DNA of 43,266 nucleotides from Staphylococcus phage vB_SepS_456, in sequence record MW364973.1; one strand, written 5' to 3'. Position numbers and translations under genes: made by a program. Positions 1 through 9,516 of the stretch are shown here, piece after piece (within the stretch, counting starts at the first letter, position 1; every line of letters begins with the position of its first letter). The notes under the pieces were generated by a model. That model had not been told where the DNA came from and did not search any database. It saw only the letters and a program-made list of their open reading frames with translations.

Positions 1-170
1 TTAGACGTTGCGCATCCGATTGCTTAACTATCCGTCAGGGTGGCGGGTAGTTTTATTGAATCTTACAACACGGCTTCCGATACGATGATATGAATACTTG
101 ACATGTAATTTTTCTCCTACCTTAATTAGTTATCCGTGAGAACACACGGGTAACTTATTTTTATGTATTG

Positions 171-192
171 ATGTGACATAGAGATGTGACAT
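171..192 (+). promoter_or_regulatory. Two tandem copies of the 9-bp palindrome ATGTgACAT, 13-bp period, upstream of terS; candidate binding site for the late activator
   Basis: atgtgacat agag atgtgacat read directly; position between the RinA-like gene (wraps from window end) and terS. Confidence 0.4.
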
Positions 193-233
193 GAGTACAT
201 AAACTCAAATAAATAACAAAACATAATCATTAG

Positions 234-259
234 GCACTGTTTACGCAGTGTCTTTTTTT
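234..259 (+). terminator. Hairpin (gcactg/cagtgt, 6-nt loop) plus T-run in the leader ~50 nt upstream of terS; terminator or attenuator
   Basis: Stem 234-239/246-251 followed by cttttttta. Confidence 0.4.
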
Positions 260-307
260 ATACGTCAAACAAAGGTGTTTAACCGTGAGAGTAGGTGGTA
301 ATATACG

Positions 308-742
308 ATGACGAAACTGAATCTTAAACAACAAACATTTGTTGATGAGTACATTAAGACAGGCACTGCTTATCAATCGGCAATCAAGGCTGGTTATAGT
401 GAGAAATACGCAAAATCAAGTAGTCATAAATTGTTGGAAAATGTGGGAATAAAAGCAGAGATAGACAAACGAATGGAAAAACTGAAAAAAGATGCAATTG
501 CAGACCAAGACGAAATACTTCAATATCTCACTTCTGTATTACGTGGGGAAATAACAGACCAAGAACTCATACCGATTGGAATTGGTAGAGGAGAAATGGA
601 AGTAGAGTCTTTGGAAAAACGATCAGATACTAACGCTAGAACGAAAGCTGCAGAATTATTAGGTAAACGATATATGATGTGGACAGACAAGCAACAAATT
701 GAAACAACTGCGACGGTACAGTTCAATGACGATATCGATTAA
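308..742 (+). CDS. terS: Terminase small subunit
   Basis: 144 aa, first gene of late operon, overlaps terL, N-terminal HTH-like region typical of Terminase_2 small subunits; RBS aggtgg. Confidence 0.7.
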   Translation: MTKLNLKQQTFVDEYIKTGTAYQSAIKAGYSEKYAKSSSHKLLENVGIKAEIDKRMEKLKKDAIADQDEILQYLTSVLRGEITDQELIPIGIGRGEMEVESLEKRSDTNARTKAAELLGKRYMMWTDKQQIETTATVQFNDDID

Positions 743-1991
743 TCTATCTGAACTGTTACCTAAACACTTTCATAGCTTATGGAAAGCGACTAAAGATAGA
801 GAGAAGTTGAACATAGTAGCTAAAGGTGGACGTGGTAGTGGTAAGTCGTCTGACATATCTATCATCATTACACAGTTAATCATGCGTTATCCTATGAATG
901 CAGTTGTAGTACGTAAGACAGACAATACATTAGCTACATCAGTATTTGAGCAAATTAAGTGGGCGATAGAAGAACAAAAGGTGTCGCACCTGTTCAAAGT
1001 CAAAGTGTCGCCAATGGAAATTACGTATGTTCCTAGAGGGAATCGGATTATCTTTAGAGGGGCGCAGAACCCTGAACGATTAAAGTCGTTAAAAGATAGT
1101 CGATTCCCTTTTTCTATCATGTGGATAGAGGAGTTAGCAGAATTTAAGACAGAGGATGAAGTTACTACAATTACTAACTCTATGTTACGTGGTGAATTAG
1201 ATGACGGATTATTTTACAAGTTTTTCTTTAGTTATAACCCGCCTAAAAGAAAACAATCGTGGGTTAACAAAAAATACGAAACCTCATTCCAACCGGATAA
1301 TACGTTCGTACACCATTCAACGTACTTAGATAACCCTTTTATATCTAAACAGTTTATACAAGAGGCAGAGAGTGCGAGAAAACGTAACGAACAACGTTAT
1401 CGTTGGGAATATATGGGTGAAGCTATTGGTAGTGGTGTCGTACCGTTTAATAACTTGCAAATAGAGAAGATACCTGATGAGTTGTACAAGACATTCGATA
1501 ATATACGTAATGCAGTTGACTTTGGTTACGCAACTGATCCACTAGCATTTGTACGTTGGCACTATGATAAGAAGAAACGTATTATCTATGCAGTTGATGA
1601 ACACTATGGCGTACAGATAAGCAACAGAGAGTTTGCTAACTGGTTAAAACGTAGAGGTTATCAATCTGATGAGATATACGCAGATAGCGCTGAACCGAAG
1701 TCTATTGCAGAGCTGAAACAAGAACACGGTATCAAGAGAATTAAAGGTGTGAAAAAAGGTCCTGACAGTGTAGAACACGGGGAACAATGGCTTGATGATT
1801 TAACTGCTATTGTGATAGATCCTAACAGAACACCTAATATAGCGAGAGAATTTGAGAATATTGACTATGAAACTGACAAAGATGGCAACGTAAAACCGAG
1901 ATTAGAAGATAAAGACAACCATACGATAGACGCCACTAGATACGCCCTAGAGCGTGACATGAGGCAGAATAAACTTAGCATACTTACGTAA
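699..1991 (+). CDS. terL: Terminase large subunit
   Basis: 430 aa; Walker A KGGRGSGKS; ATPase+nuclease architecture; position after terS. Confidence 0.85.
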   Translation: MKQLRRYSSMTISINLSELLPKHFHSLWKATKDREKLNIVAKGGRGSGKSSDISIIITQLIMRYPMNAVVVRKTDNTLATSVFEQIKWAIEEQKVSHLFKVKVSPMEITYVPRGNRIIFRGAQNPERLKSLKDSRFPFSIMWIEELAEFKTEDEVTTITNSMLRGELDDGLFYKFFFSYNPPKRKQSWVNKKYETSFQPDNTFVHHSTYLDNPFISKQFIQEAESARKRNEQRYRWEYMGEAIGSGVVPFNNLQIEKIPDELYKTFDNIRNAVDFGYATDPLAFVRWHYDKKKRIIYAVDEHYGVQISNREFANWLKRRGYQSDEIYADSAEPKSIAELKQEHGIKRIKGVKKGPDSVEHGEQWLDDLTAIVIDPNRTPNIAREFENIDYETDKDGNVKPRLEDKDNHTIDATRYALERDMRQNKLSILT

Positions 1992-1996
1992 ACGAG

Positions 1997-3433
1997 GTGA
2001 TTAGCATTAACTGGCCATGGGATAAACCATATCACGAACAAGTGGTAGAACAAATCAAACCGAAGTATGAAACGCAAGAAGAAATGATATTGCGCTTAGT
2101 TAGAGAGCATAAAGAGAACATAGACAATATTACAATGGGTGAAAGATATTATAATCATCACCCAGATATATTAGACGCTCCTTTCAAAAGAGATGTGAAC
2201 GGCGACTACGACGAAACTAAACCAGACTGGCGCATGTATACTAACTACCATCAAAACTTAGTAGACCAGAAAGTAGCATATGCAGTTGCTAATCCTGTGA
2301 CATTTGGTGTAGATAATGACAAAGCATTAAAACAAATACAACATACACTTAATCACAAGTGGGATGACAAATTAGTGGATATATTAACTGCTGCAAGTAA
2401 TAAAGGTATCGAATGGGTTCAACCTTATGTAGATGAAGAGGGAGAGTTTAAAACGTTTCGTGTACCTGCAGAACAAGCTGTACCTATTTGGACTAATAAA
2501 GAAAGAGATGAACTGCAAGCGTTTATCCGTGTATATGAATTAGACGGAGCAGAACGCGTTGAGTATTGGACTAAAGATGATGTGACATTCTATGAGTTGA
2601 AAGAAGGACAACTTATCCCTGATTTCTACCGTAGTGAAGATCATATACAACCTCATTATTATCAAGGTAATAAATTGATGAGTTGGGGACGTGTTCCTTT
2701 TATTCCGTTCAAGAACAACCCACAAGAAGTATCTGACTTATTCATGTATAAGACAATCATAGATGCGTTAGATAAGCGATTATCAGATACACAAAACACT
2801 TTTGACGAATCAGTAGAGTTAATCTATATCTTAAAAGGTTATGAAGGCGAAGATATGAAAGATTTCATGCATAACCTTAAATACTATAAAGCGATTAGTG
2901 TTGCAGGGGAAAGTGGCTCCGGTGTAGATACTATCAAAGTAGAAGTGCCTATTGACTCTGTTAAGGAATACACGAAGATGTTACGTGATTACATTATAGA
3001 GTTTGGACAAGGTGTAGACTTCCAACAAGATAAGTTTGGTAATAGCCCAAGTGGTATTGCACTTAAATTTATGTACAGTAACTTAGACTTAAAAGCTAAT
3101 AAATTGAAGAACAAAACACTTACTGCATTACAAGAGCTATTGCAGTACATTATCGACTTCTACAGATTAGATGTGAGAGTGCAAGACATCGAGATTACAT
3201 TCAACTTCAATGTAATGGTTAATGAGTTAGAAAACTCTCAAATCGCTATGAATTCTACAGGGTTATTATCTAAAGAAACTATTCTTGGTAATCATTCGTG
3301 GGTACAAGATCCTGTAGCTGAAATGGAAAGAATAGAGCAAGAAAACATAGAACTCAATCAACAACTCCCTGACATTGAGGAGGGATTGAATGACGAACAA
3401 CAAAGACAATCCGAAGATAACCAATCAGAATGA
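1997..3433 (+). CDS. Portal protein (SPP1 gp6-like)
   Basis: 478 aa, immediately after terL, acidic C-terminus, typical siphovirus portal size and position. Confidence 0.8.
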   Translation: MISINWPWDKPYHEQVVEQIKPKYETQEEMILRLVREHKENIDNITMGERYYNHHPDILDAPFKRDVNGDYDETKPDWRMYTNYHQNLVDQKVAYAVANPVTFGVDNDKALKQIQHTLNHKWDDKLVDILTAASNKGIEWVQPYVDEEGEFKTFRVPAEQAVPIWTNKERDELQAFIRVYELDGAERVEYWTKDDVTFYELKEGQLIPDFYRSEDHIQPHYYQGNKLMSWGRVPFIPFKNNPQEVSDLFMYKTIIDALDKRLSDTQNTFDESVELIYILKGYEGEDMKDFMHNLKYYKAISVAGESGSGVDTIKVEVPIDSVKEYTKMLRDYIIEFGQGVDFQQDKFGNSPSGIALKFMYSNLDLKANKLKNKTLTALQELLQYIIDFYRLDVRVQDIEITFNFNVMVNELENSQIAMNSTGLLSKETILGNHSWVQDPVAEMERIEQENIELNQQLPDIEEGLNDEQQRQSEDNQSE

Positions 3434-4343
3434 CATAGATAACTACATCGACAAACTGGTTAATCAAGCAGAGAAAGAAATCGAAATACTATTTGCTAAA
3501 CGTTTGAAAGAAATCAAACAGATTATTGCGAATATGTACGAAAAGTACGATAGAGATGAACCGAAAGTCACATGGACTGAATTTAATAAATACAACAGGC
3601 TCAACAAAGAACTTAATCGTATAGGACAGATGTTATCTCAAGACTACAGAGAAGTCGCTAAGGCTATCAAACAATCACAACAGAACGTCTATATCGAAAA
3701 GTACATGATGAGCCTATTTTTGTATGAAGTAGCAAGTCAAACGTCTATGAACTTTGATATACCTACTTCGCAGACAATACAGACGGCAATTGAACAACCT
3801 ATTGAGTTTATTAAGTTAGTACCTACACTGCAGAAACATCGTGACGATACATTAAAACGTATTCGTACACACATAACACAAGGCATTATGAGTGGTGAGG
3901 GATATTCTAAGATAGCTAAAGCATTAAGAAATGATTTAGGTATGTCAAAAGCTCAATCAGTGCGTGTAGCTAGAACAGAAACAGGGCGTGCATTGTCACA
4001 AGCTGGATTAGATAGCGCAATGGTAGCTAAAGATAATGGACTCGATATGAAGAAACGTTGGTATGCTACTAAAGACACACGCACACGTGATACACATAGA
4101 CACTTAGACGGCACTTCAGTCGATATTGAAGATAACTTTCATTCTAGTGGTTGTGTAGGTCCTGCACCTAAGTTATTTGTAGGTGTAGCTAGTGCAAAAG
4201 AGAACATCAATTGTCGTTGTAAGCTTCTTTATTACATAGACGAAGATGAATTACCTACAACGATGAGAACTAAAGAAGATGGCGTAATACCTTTCACTAA
4301 CTATAGAGAGTGGGAGAAGAATAAACGGAAAGGTAGTGTCTGA
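3390..4343 (+). CDS. Minor head / head morphogenesis protein (Mu F / SPP1 gp7-like)
   Basis: 317 aa after portal; conserved position and C-terminal Cys cluster. Confidence 0.6.
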   Translation: MTNNKDNPKITNQNDIDNYIDKLVNQAEKEIEILFAKRLKEIKQIIANMYEKYDRDEPKVTWTEFNKYNRLNKELNRIGQMLSQDYREVAKAIKQSQQNVYIEKYMMSLFLYEVASQTSMNFDIPTSQTIQTAIEQPIEFIKLVPTLQKHRDDTLKRIRTHITQGIMSGEGYSKIAKALRNDLGMSKAQSVRVARTETGRALSQAGLDSAMVAKDNGLDMKKRWYATKDTRTRDTHRHLDGTSVDIEDNFHSSGCVGPAPKLFVGVASAKENINCRCKLLYYIDEDELPTTMRTKEDGVIPFTNYREWEKNKRKGSV

Positions 4344-4450
4344 TTATGAGCGAAGATAATTTAATTAAGTTATATTTCTTAAAAGATTACATTCTTGTTA
4401 TTCACTCAGACGGTAGTGAAGAAAGAAGAAAGTATAAAGAAGGTGTTTAG

Positions 4451-4657
4451 ATGGAGTTTAACGTAAAGGTTAATATTGACGCTGATGAAGCAATTGAGAA
4501 ATTAGAGCGTATCAAACAACTATATGAAGAAATTAACCGATTAAAGAACGATAGATCAGTTGTAAAGGTAGGAATAAGCAACGAAGCTAACACAGAACAA
4601 ATTAAAAATCACATTAATAAAAGTAATGCTGAAAATGCAAATTTTAACTTATTCTAG
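4451..4657 (+). CDS. Hypothetical small protein
   Basis: 68 aa ORF with RBS aagaagg, between head morphogenesis and scaffold genes. Confidence 0.4.
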   Translation: MEFNVKVNIDADEAIEKLERIKQLYEEINRLKNDRSVVKVGISNEANTEQIKNHINKSNAENANFNLF

Positions 4658-4771
4658 CTAACACTAAAATGTGTTGGCTATTTTTTATGCCCAAAAATGC
4701 TCAAGGCGTTAAAAGGTGCAAACTCATGGTGGATAAGACCACCGTAATAAAAAATGTGAGGAGTAGTAATA

Positions 4772-5296
4772 ATGAAAAGAGAATTTTTACGTGGTTTAGG
4801 TGTCGAAGAAGATGCTATTCAAAAGATTATCGACGAACATCATGAAGGTTTGCAATCATATAAAGAGAAGGCAGAGAAAGTTGATTCACTAAAAGAACAA
4901 TTAGACACTGCTAACGAAGAAATTAAAAATCGTGATAATCAAATTGAAGAACTCAAAAATAATGTTGGTGATAACGATGAACTTAAACAAGAGTTAGAAA
5001 AATATAAAGAGCAAAACGCCAACTACGATCAAAAACTCAAAGACGTTCAGTTAAATAAAGCTATCGAAGTATCTTTAGCTAAAGAAAAAGCAATTAAACC
5101 TGAACAAGTAATCAAACTAATCGATAAAGGTAATTTAGAAGTAGACGACAACGGAAATGTTAAAGGGTTAGATGATTACATGAGTGAGTTTAAAAAAGAG
5201 AATGAGCATTTATTTGAACAATCTAAACCAAGTGGACGCACACCGGATGACGGTGGAACGCCTCAAAAAACAGAGGCATGGACGGAATTTTTATAA
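4772..5296 (+). CDS. Scaffolding protein
   Basis: 174 aa, highly charged E/K-rich coiled-coil, directly upstream of major capsid gene; RBS gaggag. Confidence 0.7.
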   Translation: MKREFLRGLGVEEDAIQKIIDEHHEGLQSYKEKAEKVDSLKEQLDTANEEIKNRDNQIEELKNNVGDNDELKQELEKYKEQNANYDQKLKDVQLNKAIEVSLAKEKAIKPEQVIKLIDKGNLEVDDNGNVKGLDDYMSEFKKENEHLFEQSKPSGRTPDDGGTPQKTEAWTEFL

Positions 5297-5310
5297 CAGG
5301 AGTGAAAACA

Positions 5311-6267
5311 ATGAATAAAGAAATTAAAAATGCTACTGGCAAATTGAAATTAAATTTACAACACTTTGCTAATAAATCAGTAGAACCAGGAGATACTTTA
5401 TTAAAGAACAAGCATGTTGGCATATTAGAAAAAGTTACTGCTGCTAATTCTTATTCAGCACCGGCAGTTATTAGTAATGACGCTATTTTCATGCAAGGGC
5501 GATCTTTCACAGTAATTAAAGGTGATGTAACAGAATTAAAGGACTATAAACGTAATGCAACTAACGAATTTGACCACCCACAAATTCAAGAAACAACATA
5601 CTTCCTAGACCAAGAAAAATATTGGGGACGTTTCGTTGATGCACTAGACAGAAGAGATACAGAAGGAAACATTGATATCAATTATGTCGTTGCTAAACAA
5701 GCTTCAGAAGTAGTTGCGCCTTATTTAGATAATTTGCGTTTCGCTACGTTAGCGCGTAATAAAGCTAAACACCTAACTGTTGGTAGTGGTGCAGATGCTC
5801 AATATGACGCAGTTTTAGACGTTTCTGTGGAATTAGATGAGATTGGTGCTGGAGCAAGCAGAATCCTTTTTGTCACACCTAAATTCTATAAAGGTATTAA
5901 AAAGTTTGTTATCGAATTACCTCAAGGAGATAATAGACAACAAGTTTTAGGTAAGGGCGTGCAAGGCGAACTAGATGGATTTACCATCGTAAAGGTACCA
6001 TCTAAAATGTTACAAGGTGTAGAAGCTATGGCAGTTATCGGGGAAGTTATGGCATCTCCTATTCAAGCTAACGAAGCCAAATTGAATTCTAATGTGCCTG
6101 GAATGTTTGGTACTTTAGCAGAACAAATGTTATATACTGGCGCTTTTGTTCCTGAACACCTACAAAAATATATATTCACTATTGGTGGTAAAGAAGTTGA
6201 AACTAATCGTGATGGTGTAGACGCACATGCAGACGAAACAAACGCATCAGCAGATACAGGTGCATAA
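5311..6267 (+). CDS. Major capsid protein
   Basis: Start moved to ATG 5311 (RBS caggagtg, 6-nt spacer) rather than 5278, which overlaps the scaffold gene; 318 aa; position after scaffold. Confidence 0.75.
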   Translation: MNKEIKNATGKLKLNLQHFANKSVEPGDTLLKNKHVGILEKVTAANSYSAPAVISNDAIFMQGRSFTVIKGDVTELKDYKRNATNEFDHPQIQETTYFLDQEKYWGRFVDALDRRDTEGNIDINYVVAKQASEVVAPYLDNLRFATLARNKAKHLTVGSGADAQYDAVLDVSVELDEIGAGASRILFVTPKFYKGIKKFVIELPQGDNRQQVLGKGVQGELDGFTIVKVPSKMLQGVEAMAVIGEVMASPIQANEAKLNSNVPGMFGTLAEQMLYTGAFVPEHLQKYIFTIGGKEVETNRDGVDAHADETNASADTGA

Positions 6268-6283
6268 AAGGAGGTAGTGACGT

Positions 6284-6574
6284 ATGTATAAAGTAATCGA
6301 ATACTTCACAGACTTACAAGATAACAACTACGAATATAACGTTGGAGATACGTTCCCTCGTAAAGGTTTAAATGTAAGTGATGAACGATTAGTCGAACTA
6401 TCCACAAAAGAGAACCGTCAAAACAAGCCCCTTATTGAGCGTGTAGAGAGTGATAAAGACTTAAAAGGTATGAAAGTATCAGAATTAAGAGAACTCGCTA
6501 AAGAACGTGAAATAGAGGGCTTTTCTAGTATGAAAAAAGATGAACTCATTGAAGCATTAGGAAGTGTTGAGTAA
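6284..6574 (+). CDS. Hypothetical protein with Rho-N/SAP-like C-terminal motif
   Basis: 96 aa; C-terminal ...KVSELRELAKEREIEGFSSMKKDELIEAL resembles Rho termination factor N-terminal domain. Confidence 0.5.
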   Translation: MYKVIEYFTDLQDNNYEYNVGDTFPRKGLNVSDERLVELSTKENRQNKPLIERVESDKDLKGMKVSELRELAKEREIEGFSSMKKDELIEALGSVE

Positions 6575-6888
6575 TGAACGCACAAGACGTTAAATTATTA
6601 AACAATCTCTCACTCGATGATACTTCAAATGATGAAACAATCGAATTACTTATTGAAAAGTATCTGAATGTAGCTGAAGAATATTGTAATCAAACATTCA
6701 ATAGGAAGTCATTACCTAGTAATGTAGAGAAATTCATCGCTAATTGTATTAAACAAGGTACGACTAGTAATATTTCTTCACGTACTATGGGGACTGTGAG
6801 CTACACATTCGTTACTGATCTACCTAAGGAAACATACGGGTACCTTAAACCATTTAGACGCTTACGTTGGACTGGTTATCATGTTTAA
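6574..6888 (+). CDS. Head-tail connector (gp6/gp15-like)
   Basis: 104 aa, position after capsid; overlapping start/stop. Confidence 0.55.
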   Translation: MNAQDVKLLNNLSLDDTSNDETIELLIEKYLNVAEEYCNQTFNRKSLPSNVEKFIANCIKQGTTSNISSRTMGTVSYTFVTDLPKETYGYLKPFRRLRWTGYHV

Positions 6889-7210
6889 TCCATTAAATGA
6901 GTTTCCTCATACAATCGAATTAGGCTCAAGAGAGGTTGTAGGAGAGTATCCACGTGAACGAGAGCGCTTTAAGAGCGAAAAAACAATACAAGGATTTATG
7001 GATACTCCCACTTCATCTGAACAACTCAAGTTTCATCAAATGAACCAATCATACGACAGAAACCTATATACTCCGTACAGCCTGCCAATAACTAACAAAA
7101 ACTTATTCAAATACAACGGTAAAACTTACGAAGTAGTAGGAGAACCTGTCGACCAAGGCGGACAACAAGAAATCAATCTTACTCGGTTGAAAGAGTGTCC
7201 TATTGGCTAA
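6881..7210 (+). CDS. Head closure / head-tail adaptor protein
   Basis: 109 aa in conserved connector position. Confidence 0.5.
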   Translation: MFNPLNEFPHTIELGSREVVGEYPRERERFKSEKTIQGFMDTPTSSEQLKFHQMNQSYDRNLYTPYSLPITNKNLFKYNGKTYEVVGEPVDQGGQQEINLTRLKECPIG

Positions 7211-7616
7211 GGTTAAATATGGCAATTGGGAATTAGTTAAGGAACTTGAGGATTTCGAAAAAGAAACGATTAGATGGGCTAAAAAAGGTATAGCCAAGAC
7301 AACAACAATTATTCACAATTCAATAGTTAGTAACATGCCTGTTGATACCGGTTATCTTAGAGAAAGTGTTTCTATGGACTTTAAGAAGGGCGGATTAACA
7401 GGCGTTATTAATATCGGCAGTGAGTACGCAGTTTACGTCAACTACGGTACAGGGATATACGCAGTCGGTCCGGGTGGTAGTCGTGCAAAGAATATCCCGT
7501 GGTGTTACAAAGACGCAGACGGACATTGGCACACAACTAAAGGGCAACATGCACAACCCTTTTGGGAACCAGCAATTGATGAAGGTAGAGCGTTTTTCAA
7601 CAAGTATTTTTCATAA
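7203..7616 (+). CDS. Tail component (HK97 gp10-like)
   Basis: 137 aa, conserved position. Confidence 0.5.
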   Translation: MAKVKYGNWELVKELEDFEKETIRWAKKGIAKTTTIIHNSIVSNMPVDTGYLRESVSMDFKKGGLTGVINIGSEYAVYVNYGTGIYAVGPGGSRAKNIPWCYKDADGHWHTTKGQHAQPFWEPAIDEGRAFFNKYFS

Positions 7617-7628
7617 GGTGGTTAAGAT

Positions 7629-8066
7629 ATGTGGGTATCAGTAGAACGGTATCTGTTTAACAAGATATATAACAAATTAAAAAGCAACCCTATCATCAAA
7701 AAACAGCTTGGTGGTAGGGTTTTTGATTGCGTTCAAAAAGACGCTGTTTACCCATATATCGTTGTGGGTGAAACAAACGTCACTAACAAAGAGACAACGA
7801 CAAGTATGTTTGAAGATGTAGGCGTTACATTGCATGTTTATAGCCAAGCTAGAAATAGAGATGAAGCCTCACAAATCATCCAATACTTAGGTTTTGTACT
7901 TAACTCTGAAATAGAAATAAATAACTATTCATTTATAAAAAGTCGAATTGATACACAAGAAGTGATAACTGACATTGATCAGTACACGAAGCACGGTATC
8001 ATTCGGCTTATTTTTAAATACAGACACAATACTTTACAAAGGAGTGTAACGAATGGCGCAGAATAA
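7629..8066 (+). CDS. Tail completion protein
   Basis: 145 aa immediately upstream of major tail gene. Confidence 0.5.
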   Translation: MWVSVERYLFNKIYNKLKSNPIIKKQLGGRVFDCVQKDAVYPYIVVGETNVTNKETTTSMFEDVGVTLHVYSQARNRDEASQIIQYLGFVLNSEIEINNYSFIKSRIDTQEVITDIDQYTKHGIIRLIFKYRHNTLQRSVTNGAE

Positions 8067-8592
8067 ATATATTGCAGCGTTACAAATCGCTGACAAAGAT
8101 TTAGCGAGCAAGCTAAAAGAAGAAGATGCTATTCTGTTAGCTAGTTTAGCTGAAGGTGGACACACAATCAGTAATGATTTAGCTGAAATGATTACAGGTG
8201 GCAAAAAAGACTATGGTCGTAACTCTGTAGAAGAAGAAATCAAGTTAACTGTTGACCGTGTTCCTGGCGACAAAGGTCAAGAAGCTTTAAAAGAGTCAGT
8301 TAAAAACTTCAAACAGTTACGTTTATGGATTTGGGAAGTTAAAAAACGTGATGGTAAACATCACGGTACTTTCGCTTATGTAATTGTAGAAGAGCACGAA
8401 TGGTCATTTGATGATGAGGATGACAAAATCGAAATCACTGCAAAAGTTAAATTTAACAGTGCAGACGGTTCTGTTGATTCATTGCCACCAGAATGGCTCA
8501 ATCCTAGTGCTGCCGCTCCTACAGTTGAATGGGAAGATATGGGAGCTTATACAGACTCATACGAAAACCGTACACCTAGTGCTGGCGCATAA
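8053..8592 (+). CDS. Major tail protein
   Basis: 179 aa, followed by strong terminator and then G/GT chaperone genes. Confidence 0.7.
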   Translation: MAQNKYIAALQIADKDLASKLKEEDAILLASLAEGGHTISNDLAEMITGGKKDYGRNSVEEEIKLTVDRVPGDKGQEALKESVKNFKQLRLWIWEVKKRDGKHHGTFAYVIVEEHEWSFDDEDDKIEITAKVKFNSADGSVDSLPPEWLNPSAAAPTVEWEDMGAYTDSYENRTPSAGA

Positions 8593-8599
8593 GTTTTAC

Positions 8600-8625
8600 G
8601 AGGGCATTAAGCCCTCTATTTTTTT
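8600..8625 (+). terminator. Rho-independent terminator (attenuator) after major tail gene
   Basis: gagggc attaa gccctc + tatttttttg. Confidence 0.75.
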
Positions 8626-8654
8626 GTACAAAATAACAGAAAGAGGTTAAAAAA

Positions 8655-9149
8655 ATGACTGAAAATACATTCAATCCTATTACTGAATTAGAAATCAACG
8701 GAGAAGAAGTCGAAGCTAAAGCGACTTTTTTATTCGATAAAGCGGCTAAGAAATTTGCTAAAGATGAGCAAGACGAAAATGGTAAAACAACTAAAGTGTC
8801 TGGTTTTAATGCTATTTATAATGGCATTTTAGAACGTGATCCAATCGCAATTGCTGATTTTTGGGAATGTGCAACAGCTTATCTAGGTAAGAACGCACCT
8901 AAACGTGAAGATATCGAACAAACACTAATGGATATTATCGAAGAAAAACAAGACTCTATCGAATTATTACAAGGTGCATTGCAAGTATTAAATCATAGTG
9001 GTTTTTTCAAGCAGAAATCACGTCTATTCTGGACACAAATGAATTCAGCACCATCTATGGTCAAAGAAGAAGAGAAAGAGTCTACGAAGAACGGTATCGA
9101 GTTCATGAAGAACAACTACAAAGAAATCATGGGCGAGCTACCTTACTAG
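8655..9149 (+). CDS. Tail assembly chaperone (gpG analogue)
   Basis: 164 aa between major tail and tape measure; acidic; contains the slippery site. Confidence 0.7.
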   Translation: MTENTFNPITELEINGEEVEAKATFLFDKAAKKFAKDEQDENGKTTKVSGFNAIYNGILERDPIAIADFWECATAYLGKNAPKREDIEQTLMDIIEEKQDSIELLQGALQVLNHSGFFKQKSRLFWTQMNSAPSMVKEEEKESTKNGIEFMKNNYKEIMGELPY

Positions 9150-9514
9150 ATTATTCAGAAATACGGCAGATAACCAGTCAATACATAGGCTATCTTCCTT
9201 ATGATGAATTAATGAGTTTGACGCCTAATGAATGGAAAGACTGGGTTGTAGGTCGCAGACTGGCGTTACTTGATGAACAAGAAAATTTATTGTTTGGTGC
9301 TCAAGCTAACGGTCTTGTGCAAGCTGGTAAATCACTTAAACGATTACAGAAGCAGTTAGAGCGTGCAAGATACGAAGTACGTGGACAGTCAGAAGAATAC
9401 GAACGTATGAAAGAACGTAAGTTAGCACATAACAAACGCATTAGAAATGTTCAGAAACAAGGTACACGACGCTTTATGAATTCATTACGCAATACTAGTC
9501 AAAAAGGAGGTTAG
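8655..9514 (+). CDS. Tail assembly chaperone GT fusion made by programmed -1 frameshift at T_TTT_TTC (9002-9008)
   Basis: The -1 frame is closed by TAG at 8996-8998 and opens exactly at the heptamer, staying open to 9514, where the annotated 100-aa ORF 9212-9514 lies in the same frame. Confidence 0.7.
9002..9008 (+). other. Slippery heptanucleotide T_TTT_TTC (zero-frame codons UUU UUC)
   Basis: Read directly; G frame ...H S G F F K...; -1 frame continues F F Q A E I T... Confidence 0.7.
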
Positions 9515-9516
9515 CC

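Noticed and set aside
7420-8650. + strand ORFs 7420-7644 and 8408-8650 overlapping tail genes in other frames
   Set aside because: They are fully nested in well-supported genes (HK97 gp10-like and the major tail protein) and lack an RBS. The second one also runs through the terminator hairpin.
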